Made by a program: the position numbers and the translations under genes. The notes under the pieces are model-generated. The model saw only the letters and a list, made by a program, of their open reading frames with translations, did no database searches and was not told where the DNA came from. A stretch of DNA of 35,176 nt from Deferribacteres bacterium (lineage in GTDB: Bacteria; Thermosulfidibacterota; Thermosulfidibacteria; Thermosulfidibacterales; Thermosulfidibacteraceae), in the NCBI GenBank assembly GCA_013153205.1, contig JAADEW010000018.1:1-35176 (forward strand), read 5' to 3'. Positions 16,176 through 25,749 of this stretch are shown one piece after another; the first letter of the stretch is position 1; every line of letters starts with the position of its first letter.

Positions 16176-17110
16176 AGGTTGTTGGCGTTGATGTTGGTGG
16201 GACCCAGATAAAGGCGGCGGTTTTTGACCTGAATGGCAATATGCTAAAGTCCACCAGAGCACCCACTGAAAGCAGACTCGGAAAGGAGAGGGTGCTTTCC
16301 AATATAGTCTCGGTTATTGAGGGATTGTTTTCAGAGGATGTGGCCGCCTTGGGGGTTGCAGTGGCAAGCCCTCTGGACCCGGTGGAGGGGATTCTGTATT
16401 ATCCGCCCAATCTTCCCGGTTTCGGCGTTTTCAACATCAAAAGCTTTCTGGAAGAAAGATTCGGCGTTTCTGTGGTGGTTGACAACGATGCCAACCTTTA
16501 CGCCTACGGAGAGTGGGTCAGGGGGGCAGGTAGAGGGGCGCAGGTTCTGCTTTGCGTTACTGTGGGAACGGGAATAGGGGGAGGGCTCATACACGGCGGT
16601 AATATATGGCACGGCGCCCACGGTATGGGGGCGGAGTTTGGACACATAACCGTTGACCCTGATGGTCCCGTATGTAACTGCGGCAACAGAGGGTGTCTTG
16701 AAGCGATGGCTTCCTCTTACTTTCTCGTGGGATATGTTGAGAGGAGGTTGAGGGAAGGGGTTGCTTCAAGGCTTGCTCCTTTAAGAGGTGTTCTTGAGCC
16801 GAAACTGATTTACGAAGCGGCTCTTGAAGGGGATACTCTTGCCCACGAGGCTTTTGCCGTTGTTGGGAAAAATCTCGGCGTGGGTCTTTCCTCTTTGATA
16901 AATGCCCTTGACCCTGATGTTGTAGTAGTCGGGGGTGGACTATCAAAGGCGGGTATGATACTATTGGAACCGGTTAAAAAAGAGATTTATGCCAGAACCC
17001 TGAAAGGTATCAGGGATAGGATAAGGGTGGAGACTGCTGTTTTAGGTGAATTTAGTGCTGTCTATGGTGCGGCATACCTTGCTATCAAAATAATCGGAGG
17101 TGATAGATGA
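16172..17110 (+). CDS. ROK-family sugar kinase (glucokinase-like)
   Basis: VVGVDVGGTQIKAAVFD ATPase start, VDNDANLYAYGE, GTGIGGGLI, and the ROK zinc motif CNCGNRGCLEAMAS. Confidence 0.85.
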   Translation: MKVVGVDVGGTQIKAAVFDLNGNMLKSTRAPTESRLGKERVLSNIVSVIEGLFSEDVAALGVAVASPLDPVEGILYYPPNLPGFGVFNIKSFLEERFGVSVVVDNDANLYAYGEWVRGAGRGAQVLLCVTVGTGIGGGLIHGGNIWHGAHGMGAEFGHITVDPDGPVCNCGNRGCLEAMASSYFLVGYVERRLREGVASRLAPLRGVLEPKLIYEAALEGDTLAHEAFAVVGKNLGVGLSSLINALDPDVVVVGGGLSKAGMILLEPVKKEIYARTLKGIRDRIRVETAVLGEFSAVYGAAYLAIKIIGGDR

Positions 17111-18204
17111 AGGTAACCATAAGTGTGATTAAAGCCGATATAGGCGGGTATGTGGGCCACAGCAACATGCATCCCAAGCTCATTGAAATGGCTCAGGAGA
17201 GCCTTGATGCGGCCAGAGCTGACGGGATGATAATAGACTACTATGTGGCTTACTGTGGAGACGACCTTTCCCTGATAATGACCCACACCAGAGGGGAGGA
17301 CAACGCCGATATCCACAAGCTTGCCTGGGACATATTCCTGAGGTGCACCGAGGTTGCCAAGAAGCTCAAGCTCTACGGTGCCGGGCAGGACCTTCTTTCC
17401 GATGCCTTCAGCGGCAATGTCAAAGGCATGGGTCCCGGCTGTGCGGAGATGGAGATTGAGGAGAGAAAGAGCGAGCCCATCATAATATTTATGGCTGACA
17501 AGACCTCTCCGGGGGCGTGGAATCTTCCTCTTTACAGGATGTTTGCCGACCCGTTTAACACGGCGGGGCTTGTAATAGACCCTTCAATGCATGACGGCTT
17601 CAAGTTTGAGGTGCTTGATGTTATTGAGAACAAGGTGATAGTTCTCTCCTGTCCCGAGGAGATGTATGACCTTCTGGTCTTCGTGGGGGCATCTGCAAGA
17701 TACATGATAAAAAGCGTTTACAGGAAGACGGACGACGAGGTGGCGGCAAGAGCCTCCGTTCAGAGGCTTAACCTCATTGCGGGAAGGTATGTGGGTAAAG
17801 ACGACCCTGTGCTTATTGTCAGGGCACAGTCAGGTTTTCCTGCCGTTGGTGAGGTTCTTGAGCCTTTTGCCTTCCCCCATCTGGTAGAAGGGTGGATGAG
17901 GGGCTCCCATCACGGTCCCTTCATGCCTGTCTCTTTTGAGCAGGCTACACCCACGAGGTTTGACGGACCTCCGAGGGTTATCGCGGCAGGATTCCAGCTT
18001 GCGGACGGCAGGCTCATAGGTCCAGTTGACATGTTCAAGGATGTTAGCTTTGATTACGCCAGGCAGAAAGCCCTTGAGGTTACCGAATACATCAGACGCC
18101 ACGGTCCCTTTGAGCCTCACAGGTTGAGCCTTGAGGAGATGGAATACACCACTTTGCCGGCGGTGCTGGAGAAGCTTAAAGACAGATTCAAGGTGGCGGA
18201 GTAG
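17107..18204 (+). CDS. fbp: Fructose-1,6-bisphosphate aldolase/phosphatase (class V, archaeal-type FBPase)
   Basis: MKVTISVIKADIGGYVGHSNMHP, MTHTRGEDN, YGAGQDLLSDAFSGNVKGMGPG and GWMRGSHHGPFMPV are hallmark blocks of the bifunctional FBPA/P family. ATGA overlap with the ROK kinase. Confidence 0.9.
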   Translation: MKVTISVIKADIGGYVGHSNMHPKLIEMAQESLDAARADGMIIDYYVAYCGDDLSLIMTHTRGEDNADIHKLAWDIFLRCTEVAKKLKLYGAGQDLLSDAFSGNVKGMGPGCAEMEIEERKSEPIIIFMADKTSPGAWNLPLYRMFADPFNTAGLVIDPSMHDGFKFEVLDVIENKVIVLSCPEEMYDLLVFVGASARYMIKSVYRKTDDEVAARASVQRLNLIAGRYVGKDDPVLIVRAQSGFPAVGEVLEPFAFPHLVEGWMRGSHHGPFMPVSFEQATPTRFDGPPRVIAAGFQLADGRLIGPVDMFKDVSFDYARQKALEVTEYIRRHGPFEPHRLSLEEMEYTTLPAVLEKLKDRFKVAE

Positions 18205-18231
18205 CTGAAAGGGAGAGTTCCGAAATAAAAA

Positions 18232-18258
18232 GGGGGGCTTCACTTGGAGCCCCCTTTT
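18232..18258 (+). terminator. Intrinsic terminator after fbp
   Basis: Stem GGGGGCT (18233-18239) / AGCCCCC (18248-18254), loop TCACTTGG, followed by TTTT. Confidence 0.75.
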
Positions 18259-18274
18259 ACTTATTTTAGATACC

Positions 18275-20485
18275 ATGAATGAGGCAAAACTTAAAAAAGC
18301 TTACGGACTGCTGTTGATTTTCTTTTCTCTTTTTATCGGTGTGTCCATGCTCTCCGTTATGTTCAACTGGTCCTCGTCTCTCGTTGGGGGACTGGGTCTT
18401 GACCTGGGTAAGTTCATGCTGGATTACGCAGGTGTTGCGGCTTTTGTGTTTCCTTTATCGGGGATTTTGATAGGGCTGGGGCTTTTGCTCTCAAAGACCG
18501 TGAAGTTTCTCAAGGTCTGTCTCTACCTTTTCGTTTTCTCCTTTGTCTTTATTCTCTTTTCATCGGTGTGGTTTGAGGGGAGGCTTACGGGTGATGTGGG
18601 CAGAATCGTAGGCCCTTTTGCCGTAAAGAGCGTGGGCAAACTCGGGGTCTTCCTTTTCATACTTGCCCTTCTTGCTTTTCTGTTTATAGCTTTGGATTTG
18701 GACAGATTTATCCCGAGGCTGAGGCTTCCCTCTTTTAGATTTCCGAGCTTCAGGAGAAAGAGGCGCTCGCGGCGGCCGTTTCATAGAGCGGCTTCCTCTG
18801 AAGTGATTTCCGAAGACGACGATGAAAAGGATGAAAGGTCTGCTTCCTCTTTTTCCGAGGAAAGTAGCCTGAAGAACAGAGGCGAGAGCGGGTTTGTGGA
18901 AAACCCCGTTCCGGTTAAAAGAAGGACCAATACGGAAGCTGACATTGCTCTGGCGGAAAGCCCCTCCAGTGATGCCGGGGAAAAGGGCGGTATAGAGATA
19001 GTTGAAGGAGGAGGGGACCTTGCAAACATCCTCGGTGTGAAGGAGGAGACGAAGGACGAGGAAGCGCCGCTTCCCCTTGCCAGAAGGTCTTACAAGCTTC
19101 CCGATGTCTCCCTGTTTAAGCCGTTCAAAAAGGAGAAACCCAAGGTTAACCCCAAGGTCCTTGAGGCAAAGGCTCTACTGTTAGAGGAAAAGCTCAGGGA
19201 TTTCGGTGTTTCGGGCAAGGTGGTCAGTATCCACTACGGACCTGTGGTGAGCATGTTTGAATACAAACCGGCACCGGGGGTGAAGATAAGCAAGATAGTC
19301 AACCTTCAGGACGACATAGCCCTCGTTATGAAAGCCGGTTCCGTCAGGGTGGTGGCTCCCATACCGGGGAAGGATACCGTGGGAATAGAGCTCCCCAACG
19401 ATGAGAGGGAGACGGTCTATTTCTCTGAAATAGCCGCATCCGATGTGTTTAAAGAAGCAAGCTCTTTCCTGACCCTGATACTGGGCAAGGACATATTCGG
19501 CAAGCCCTTCGTCAGCGACCTGCGGAAGATGCCGCATCTTCTCGTTGCCGGTGCCACCGGTTCGGGAAAGAGCGTGGCTTTGAACGCCATGATTTGCAGT
19601 ATCCTCTTTAAGGCGACCCCTGAGGATGTGAAGTTTATTCTCGTTGACCCGAAAATGCTGGAGTTTTCCGTCTATAACGGAATTCCCCACCTCATCACCC
19701 CGGTGATTACTGACCCTAAAAAGGCGGCATCCGCCCTGTCATGGGTGGTTTCGGAGATGGAGAGGAGATACAGCCTTCTCACGCAGGAGGGGGTAAGGAG
19801 CATAGAGAGGTATAACCTTAAAGCCGCAAATCCCCTGCCGTATATAGTTATTGTCATTGACGAGCTTGCCGATTTGATGATGGTTGCGGGAAAGGATGTT
19901 GAGCTTCACATTGCAAGGCTTGCTCAAAAAGCGAGAGCGGCGGGGATTCACATTATCGTTGCTACCCAGAGGCCCTCTGTGGATGTTATAACCGGTCTGA
20001 TTAAGGCTAACTTCCCGTCCCGCATATCTTTCAAGGTAAGCTCAAGAGTGGATTCCCGGACCATCCTTGACGTAATGGGAGCTGAAAAGCTTCTGGGGAA
20101 CGGCGATATGCTTTTCATGCCTCCCGGTAAGTCTGAACTGATAAGGCTTCACGGTGCGTATATCAGCGACAGCGAGATAGAAGCCATTGCCGAGTTCTGG
20201 AGAAGACAGGCTCAGCCTGAGTATTCCGAAGAGATATTCGCCAAGCCCACTCTTAACGGATGTGGTGTTCAGGAGGATTACGACGAGCTTTACGAGGAGG
20301 CTGTGGAGTTCGTTACCAGACTGGGTTATGCCTCTGCTTCCCTGCTTCAGAGACGGTTCAAGATTGGATACAACAGGGCGGCAAGGCTTATAGAGATGAT
20401 GGAGAAAAACGGTATAGTGGGACCTGCACAGGGCAGTAAACCCCGTGAGGTTTTGAAAAAACCCGAAGATAACCCTTCCGATTAA
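18275..20485 (+). CDS. ftsK: DNA translocase FtsK/SpoIIIE
   Basis: N-terminal TM helices and a charged linker. Motor with Walker [17 protein letters not shown] and Walker [14 protein letters not shown], then [13 protein letters not shown]-terminal gamma winged helix [21 protein letters not shown]. Confidence 0.9.
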   Translation: MNEAKLKKAYGLLLIFFSLFIGVSMLSVMFNWSSSLVGGLGLDLGKFMLDYAGVAAFVFPLSGILIGLGLLLSKTVKFLKVCLYLFVFSFVFILFSSVWFEGRLTGDVGRIVGPFAVKSVGKLGVFLFILALLAFLFIALDLDRFIPRLRLPSFRFPSFRRKRRSRRPFHRAASSEVISEDDDEKDERSASSFSEESSLKNRGESGFVENPVPVKRRTNTEADIALAESPSSDAGEKGGIEIVEGGGDLANILGVKEETKDEEAPLPLARRSYKLPDVSLFKPFKKEKPKVNPKVLEAKALLLEEKLRDFGVSGKVVSIHYGPVVSMFEYKPAPGVKISKIVNLQDDIALVMKAGSVRVVAPIPGKDTVGIELPNDERETVYFSEIAASDVFKEASSFLTLILGKDIFGKPFVSDLRKMPHLLVAGATGSGKSVALNAMICSILFKATPEDVKFILVDPKMLEFSVYNGIPHLITPVITDPKKAASALSWVVSEMERRYSLLTQEGVRSIERYNLKAANPLPYIVIVIDELADLMMVAGKDVELHIARLAQKARAAGIHIIVATQRPSVDVITGLIKANFPSRISFKVSSRVDSRTILDVMGAEKLLGNGDMLFMPPGKSELIRLHGAYISDSEIEAIAEFWRRQAQPEYSEEIFAKPTLNGCGVQEDYDELYEEAVEFVTRLGYASASLLQRRFKIGYNRAARLIEMMEKNGIVGPAQGSKPREVLKKPEDNPSD

Positions 20486-20961
20486 GCTCTGAACTTCTCT
20501 AAGTCTTCAGGACTGAGGTTTTCAAGCCATTCTTTAAGCAGTTCGTCTTTCTTTGACAAATCAAAGCTTTTTGCCTTCTGAAGGACTTCCTGGGTCACAT
20601 AAATGGGCGCGTCTGCCCTTAAAGCAAGCGCTATGGCATCGCTTGGCCTTGAGTCTATCTCCAGAATTCCCTCTGCCGTTTTAAGAAAGATTGACGCATA
20701 GAAAGTGTTGTCTATCAGGTCGTTGACCACGATTTTCTCTATGGTGGTTTCAAGGGCTTCAAGGATGTTCTTGATGAGGTCATGGGTCATGGGGCGCGGG
20801 GTGGTTATCTTTTCAAGCTCAAGGGCTATGGCGTTTGCTTCAAAAAGGCCAATCCATATGGGCAGAGCTTTTCTGTCCTCCAGGTCCTTCAAAATCACTA
20901 TGGGCGAGTTTGTGATGGGGTCAAGGATTATCTTGGCCACCTTCATGCGAATCATCTTCAT
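20482..20961 (-). CDS. Bifunctional nuclease family protein (DUF151/BFN)
   Basis: [29 protein letters not shown]...[19 protein letters not shown] matches the BFN-domain pattern. Starts immediately after the miaB stop. Confidence 0.8.
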   Translation of the reverse strand: MKMIRMKVAKIILDPITNSPIVILKDLEDRKALPIWIGLFEANAIALELEKITTPRPMTHDLIKNILEALETTIEKIVVNDLIDNTFYASIFLKTAEGILEIDSRPSDAIALALRADAPIYVTQEVLQKAKSFDLSKKDELLKEWLENLSPEDLEKFRA

Positions 20962-22266
20962 CTACCTCCCTGCCATTTCTCCTCTGAGTTCATACATTTT
21001 GGCATCCGTTATCTTTATTTTAACTATATTCCCCAGATGGGATTTGTCACCTTTTACTTTCACCATCTTGAAGGTCCTCGTTCTTCCCAGAAGCTCGCCG
21101 TTTTCTTCGTCAAAGTCTTCAAACAAGACATCCACAACCCTGCCTATGTAGCTTTTGCTCATCTTCTGGGTGATTTCGTCCTGAACCTCAAGCAGTCTTT
21201 TAAGCCGCTCTTTCTTTACCTGAAGGGGAATATCGTCTTCCCACGAGCAGGCTTTCGTGAACTCTCGCGGGTTATAGACGAAGGCGAAGACCCCCTCGTA
21301 TTCCACCTCTTTTATTAAATCCAGCGTCATCTCAAAGTCTTCTTCCGTTTCTGTGGGAAAGCCTACAATGAAATCGGATGTAAAGGCAAAGTATTTTCCC
21401 GCACCTTTTATCTTTTCTATTATTTCGAGATACTTTTGCCGGGTGTATTTTCTGTTCATGAGCTCAAGTATCCTGTCTGAGCCGGATTGGGCGGGCAGAT
21501 GTATGTATTCGCACACCTTGGGCAGGGTGGTTACCGCTTCTATAAGGCGTTCGGAGAAGTCTTTGGGATGCGAGGTGATGAACCTTATCCACTCGATACC
21601 GTCTATCTCGTGAAGCTTCTCAAGCAGTTTTGCAAAGTCAATCTTCTCCTCAAGCCCTTTGCCGTAGGAGTTTACGTTCTGCCCTAAAAGGGTTATCTCC
21701 CTGTATCCTTCGTCTGCCAGCCTCCTTGCTTCCTCCAGTATATCCCGGCTCGGCCTGCTCACCTCCCTCCCCCTTACGAAGGGGACGATGCAGTAACTGC
21801 AGAAGTTATCGCATCCCTCCATTATGGTGATGTAGGCTCTGTAAGGGTTGTTCCGGGAAACGGGGTAGGAGAGGTCGGTTATGGGACACCTTCCGTTTTG
21901 CTCCACGAAAAGGGATTTTTTCCCTTCAAAGGCCTTTGATACGGCTTCGCCGATTTTGTAGATGTTTCTGGGACCTATTACAAATTTGACGTGGGGCATT
22001 CTTTCCATGAGCCTTTTCTTCTCTTTCTGGGCAACACACCCGCAGACCCCCACGATTTTGTCCGTCTTTTTAAACCTGCCGAGCTCGCTGTAAACCTTGT
22101 TGACCGGCTTTTCCCTGACGGCACATGTGTTGAGTATAATAACTTCTGCCTCTTTTTCGCTTTCTGCCCTCTCAAACCCGCAGGACAGAAGCACCCCCGC
22201 CATCTTTTCCGAGTCGTGCTCGTTCATCTGGCAGCCGAAGGTTTTTATGAAAAATCTGGGCGCCAT
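20962..22266 (-). CDS. miaB: tRNA-2-methylthio-N6-dimethylallyladenosine synthase (radical-SAM methylthiotransferase)
   Basis: [19 protein letters not shown] (UPF0004 domain), radical [16 protein letters not shown]-terminal TRAM-like [18 protein letters not shown]. An assignment to another MTTase subfamily cannot be fully excluded. Confidence 0.8.
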   Translation of the reverse strand: MAPRFFIKTFGCQMNEHDSEKMAGVLLSCGFERAESEKEAEVIILNTCAVREKPVNKVYSELGRFKKTDKIVGVCGCVAQKEKKRLMERMPHVKFVIGPRNIYKIGEAVSKAFEGKKSLFVEQNGRCPITDLSYPVSRNNPYRAYITIMEGCDNFCSYCIVPFVRGREVSRPSRDILEEARRLADEGYREITLLGQNVNSYGKGLEEKIDFAKLLEKLHEIDGIEWIRFITSHPKDFSERLIEAVTTLPKVCEYIHLPAQSGSDRILELMNRKYTRQKYLEIIEKIKGAGKYFAFTSDFIVGFPTETEEDFEMTLDLIKEVEYEGVFAFVYNPREFTKACSWEDDIPLQVKKERLKRLLEVQDEITQKMSKSYIGRVVDVLFEDFDEENGELLGRTRTFKMVKVKGDKSHLGNIVKIKITDAKMYELRGEMAGR

Positions 22267-22275
22267 CGGGTTTGT

Positions 22276-22304
22276 AAGATATGAACCTTGATGAAGTTAG
22301 TCAA
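22276..22304 (-). promoter_or_regulatory. Putative sigma70-type promoter placed for a leaderless miaB mRNA
   Basis: On the minus strand: TTGACT (22304-22299), 17 nt, TATCTT (22281-22276), 9 nt, then ATG (22266). There is no Shine-Dalgarno sequence in the 9 nt. Confidence 0.4.
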
Positions 22305-22341
22305 TGTTAAATTGTTGTGCTTTTTGGGAATTGAAATGGAC

Positions 22342-23613
22342 TCATTTCACCAGTTTTGGAAGGAGAAGAACCAGCTCCGGCACATAGGTGATGAGAAGCA
22401 GAATCACTATGAGGAGTGCGACCATTGGAAGAACGGCTCTGCTTATCCTTTCAAGGGAGATGTTGGCTATGGAGCTTGCAACGTAAAGGCATATGGCAAC
22501 GGGTGGGGTGACCATTCCTATTGCCAGTCCCGTGACCATGATAAGGCCGAAATGGACGAGGTTTATGTGAAGGGCTTCCACCACAGGCAGAAAAACCGGG
22601 GTGAGTATCACCAGAGCGGAAGCCGTCTCCATAAAGGTGCCGGCGGCTATTATCAGAAAGTCTATTATGAGCAATATCAGGAACTTGCTGTTGGTGAGAC
22701 TCAGAAGCTTACCTGCTATAATCTGTGGAAGCCTTTCGCTTGCGAGGACCCAGCTGAAGATGCCGGAGGTTGATATTATCAAAAGAACCAGAGCTGTTGT
22801 CATGGCTGACTTGGCGAATATCTCGTAAAGGTCTTTTACGGAAATCTCCCGGTAAAAGAACAGGGCTATTATCAGGGCGTAGTCAACGGCTATGGCGGCG
22901 GCTTCTGATGGAGTGAAGACCCCTGAGAAGATGCCGCCCAGTATGATGAAGGGAGTGAGCAGGGCGAAAAATGAGGAGAAAAAGGTCTCTTTCACCCGTT
23001 TTAAGTCAAAACCTGCTCCTCTGGGGTAGTTGTATTTGTAGGCTATGTAGATGGCAAATGCTATGAGAGCCGCTCCCATGAGTATTCCCGGCACGAAACC
23101 ACCTATAAAGAGCTTTGCCACCGACTGGTCGGCGAGCATGGCGTATATAATCATGGGCACGCTTGGTGGGATTACCACTCCTATGGTGCCGGCTGTTGCT
23201 ATTAAGGCGGCGGAGTAGTCTGTTTTGTAGCCTTTTCTTTTCATCTCTGGAAGCAGAGCGGCGCCTATTGCCGCCGTGTCTGCCGCCGCCGAGCCGGATA
23301 TGCCTGCAAAGAACATGGCTCCCACCACAACCACGATGGATAGCCCTCCCTTTATAAAGCCTAAAAGGGAGTCAACGAAGTCCACAAGCCTCTTTGATAT
23401 CTGGCCCTTGGCAAATATGTCTCCTGCGAGTATGAAAAAGGGAACGGCAACGAGGGCAAATGTGTCTATGCTTGCGAACATCCTCTGGGGAACGAGCATG
23501 AGGGGGAATCCCCTGAGCATGAGGACGATGGTTCCTGAAAGCCCGATAGCCACTGCTATGGGAAGCCCTATCAGAATAAGCACTATAAATGCGCCGAAGA
23601 GAATCACTCCCAT
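22342..23613 (-). CDS. dctM: TRAP transporter large permease subunit
   Basis: 423 aa polytopic protein with DctM-like blocks FALVAVPFFILAGDIF, FFAGISGSAAADTAAIG and IGVVIPPSVPMIIY. Confidence 0.9.
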   Translation of the reverse strand: MGVILFGAFIVLILIGLPIAVAIGLSGTIVLMLRGFPLMLVPQRMFASIDTFALVAVPFFILAGDIFAKGQISKRLVDFVDSLLGFIKGGLSIVVVVGAMFFAGISGSAAADTAAIGAALLPEMKRKGYKTDYSAALIATAGTIGVVIPPSVPMIIYAMLADQSVAKLFIGGFVPGILMGAALIAFAIYIAYKYNYPRGAGFDLKRVKETFFSSFFALLTPFIILGGIFSGVFTPSEAAAIAVDYALIIALFFYREISVKDLYEIFAKSAMTTALVLLIISTSGIFSWVLASERLPQIIAGKLLSLTNSKFLILLIIDFLIIAAGTFMETASALVILTPVFLPVVEALHINLVHFGLIMVTGLAIGMVTPPVAICLYVASSIANISLERISRAVLPMVALLIVILLLITYVPELVLLLPKLVK

Positions 23614-24098
23614 CTGCCTGCTCCCAGAACCTCAAGTATGTTGGATACTATGTGAACGGCGCAAAGCATTCCTCCCACGGGTAGGGAGAGATATACGTAT
23701 TTCATGGATATGCCGAGCCCGGCTGATACCTGAAAGGCTTGAAACCGCATGAGCTTGAAGCCGTAAATTATCACCAGAACGAAGAAATACAGGCTTAAGG
23801 TATAAACCACGAGCGAAAGCCATCTCTGTACTTTAGGCGGGAGAGATGACACAGCAAAGGTCACGGCTATGTGGGCTTTTCTCTTTATTCCCATGGAAGC
23901 CCCTAAAAAGGTGAGCCACACCATAAGGTATCTTGAGAGCTCTTCCGACCATGAAAGCGCCGAAAAGAAGAACCTGCACACTATTTGAGCGGTGATGACC
24001 ACAGTCATTACAACCAGCACAATTACGGCTAAAAAGGTGGCTAAAGCATCGGTGGCATCGGAAATCCTTTTAACCGTTCGGTAAAGTCTGGAGAGCAT
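23604..24098 (-). CDS. dctQ: TRAP transporter small permease subunit
   Basis: 164 aa with 4 predicted TM helices. 10-nt overlap with dctM; typical DctQ size and position. Confidence 0.8.
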   Translation of the reverse strand: MLSRLYRTVKRISDATDALATFLAVIVLVVMTVVITAQIVCRFFFSALSWSEELSRYLMVWLTFLGASMGIKRKAHIAVTFAVSSLPPKVQRWLSLVVYTLSLYFFVLVIIYGFKLMRFQAFQVSAGLGISMKYVYLSLPVGGMLCAVHIVSNILEVLGAGRWE

Positions 24099-24112
24099 GG
24101 GGAAAAATGAGA

Positions 24113-24128
24113 GGGGGCGTCTGCCCCC
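24113..24128 (-). terminator. Intercistronic GC hairpin between dctP and dctQ (possible attenuating terminator)
   Basis: GGGGGC-GTCT-GCCCCC palindrome 5 nt downstream of the dctP stop. On the minus strand it is followed by TCTCATTTTT. Confidence 0.55.
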
Positions 24129-24133
24129 TTTTG

Positions 24134-25096
24134 TTACTGGTTTACCGCTTTGAGGATACGCTCCAGATAGTCCCCGAACTTGGGACCATACTTATCGTAA
24201 ACCGGCTTTACCGCCTTTCTGAAAGCCTCTATATCCGGGTAGGTTACAATCATGCCCTTTGACTTGATAAACTCAAGCTGTTTCTTTTCCTGAGCGGCAT
24301 CCCATGCCCTTTCGTATTCAGCGGCTTCCTGAGCACATTCCATAAGAAGCTTCTGGTCTTCGGGGGAGAACTTCTTCCACAGGCTCAGCCCCATCATGAT
24401 AACCGCAGGGGCATAGGTGTGGCGCGTCATGGCAAGGTATTTCTGGGTTTCGTATATCTTGAAGGCATAGATGACGTTTATGGGGTTTTCCTGTCCGTCT
24501 ATGGTTCCCTGCTGTAAAGCTGTGAGACAGTCTCCCCACGCCATAGGCACGGCGTTTGCTCCCAGCGCCCTGAAGGTGTCCACATAGACGGGATTCTGCA
24601 TAACCCTTATTTTAAGTCCCTTCACATCTTCGGGTTTGTATATAGGCCTTTTGTTGTTGGTGAGGTTTCTGAAGCCTCTTTCCGCAAAGGCAAGCCCTTT
24701 GAGGTTTGCCTTTTCAAGCTCTTTCAGAAGGTCTTTCCCGATGGGACCGTCAAGAATTCTGTATGCGGTGGGGGCGTCTTTGAAGAGAAAGGGCATGTCC
24801 ACCACGGCAAATTTGGGGGCAAAGTTGGAGATGGGACCGCTGGTTATTATGGCAAAGTCCACCGTTCCCATCTGAAGCCCTTCAAGAAGGGTTCTTTCGT
24901 CTCCTAAAACGGCATTGGGATATATCTGTATCTTTATGCGGCCGTTGGAGCGTTTCTCTACAAGCTCCTTAAACTTTGTGGCCGCCACGTGAAAGGCATC
25001 CTTTTCGTTGACCACATGCCCCAGCCTATAGACCCTTGCCTGAGAAAAGCTTGCCAGAAGAAAAAGTGAAATGAGTGTTATCACAAAGCGTTTCAT
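24134..25096 (-). CDS. dctP: TRAP transporter substrate-binding protein (DctP family)
   Basis: AAGGAGG (complement of 25103-25109) precedes the ATG at 25096. Signal peptide MKRFVITLISLFLLASFSQA|R. DctP-like YRLGHVVNEKDAFHVAATKFKELVEKRSNGRIKIQIYPNAVLGDE...GTVD. The 25 extra codons in the track ORF are unlikely to be translated. Confidence 0.85.
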   Translation of the reverse strand: MKRFVITLISLFLLASFSQARVYRLGHVVNEKDAFHVAATKFKELVEKRSNGRIKIQIYPNAVLGDERTLLEGLQMGTVDFAIITSGPISNFAPKFAVVDMPFLFKDAPTAYRILDGPIGKDLLKELEKANLKGLAFAERGFRNLTNNKRPIYKPEDVKGLKIRVMQNPVYVDTFRALGANAVPMAWGDCLTALQQGTIDGQENPINVIYAFKIYETQKYLAMTRHTYAPAVIMMGLSLWKKFSPEDQKLLMECAQEAAEYERAWDAAQEKKQLEFIKSKGMIVTYPDIEAFRKAVKPVYDKYGPKFGDYLERILKAVNQ

Positions 25097-25197
25097 TTTA
25101 AAGCCTCCTTCAAACTTTTGATATGGACATTTGTATCTCATAACCCTTTTTTGCGTCAAGAGCCTTTTCAAATGTGAGTTGTGGATGCTGAACTAAC

Positions 25198-25225
25198 TTG
25201 AAATAGTTTTAGCATGATGTATATT
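25198..25225 (+). promoter_or_regulatory. Putative sigma70-type promoter of the rimP-nusA-infB operon
   Basis: TTGAAA (25198-25203), 16 nt, TATATT (25220-25225), in the AT-rich divergent intergenic region. About 50 nt upstream of the rimP start. Confidence 0.45.
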
Positions 25226-25275
25226 AATGGGAGATTTTTATATGGTTTTTGTTTTGCAAAGGGGGGATTGTTGCC

Positions 25276-25749
25276 GTGAGCCGTATTGAAGTGGAAGAGA
25301 AAGTAAAAAAGCTACTTGAGCCCATTTTGCGCTCTTTGGGTTTGAGTTTATACGATGTGGAATGGCTCTCTTCTGGCAGGCATAATTACCTGAGAATTTT
25401 TATAGACAAGCCCGGTGGGGTTACCATTCACGACTGCCAGAGGGTGAGCGAGGAGATAGGGGATATTCTGGACATTGAGGACTTTATTCCCGTAAGCTAT
25501 TACCTTGAGGTTTCGTCTCCCGGCCTTACCAGAGAGCTCAAAAAGCCCCGCCATTTTGTGAAAAGCATAGGTGAGGTGGTGAAGGTGGTGTTCAAAGAGC
25601 CTTTTGAGGGCCACAGCGATTTGGAAGGGGAGATAATGGATGCAGACGAAGACGGATTTCTCGTGAAGTGGAAGGATGGAGAGGACTGGATTCCCTATGA
25701 AAACGTTGCCAGGGCGAAACTGGTATTCAGGGATTCAAGGAGGAAGTGA
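25276..25749 (+). CDS. rimP: Ribosome maturation factor RimP
   Basis: LEPILRSLGLSLYDVEW...YLRIFIDKPGGVTIHDCQRVSEEI...YLEVSSPGLTRELK. The GTG at 25276 follows GGGGGGA; the track ATG at 25249 is an alternative start. Confidence 0.85.
   Translation: MSRIEVEEKVKKLLEPILRSLGLSLYDVEWLSSGRHNYLRIFIDKPGGVTIHDCQRVSEEIGDILDIEDFIPVSYYLEVSSPGLTRELKKPRHFVKSIGEVVKVVFKEPFEGHSDLEGEIMDADEDGFLVKWKDGEDWIPYENVARAKLVFRDSRRK

Noticed and set aside
22288-22773. A 161-aa plus-strand ORF at the miaB/dctM junction, rich in H/Y/C/G
   Set aside because: It is almost entirely antisense to dctM, has no RBS, and its composition is typical of the reverse complement of a membrane-protein gene.
25111-25160. A dctP promoter/operator: TTGACG (minus strand, 25159-25154)-N18-TACAAA, and a GATA-N10-TATC dyad
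   Set aside because: The -10 match is only 4/6, the 18-nt spacing is suboptimal and the dyad arm is only 4 bp. This is too weak to report as a feature without TSS data.
25097-25171. A longer dctP start at 25171
   Set aside because: An AAGGAGG sits at correct spacing before the internal ATG at 25096, which begins a canonical signal peptide. The extra 25 aa (MKRLLTQKRVMRYKCPYQKFEGGFK) are not signal-like.
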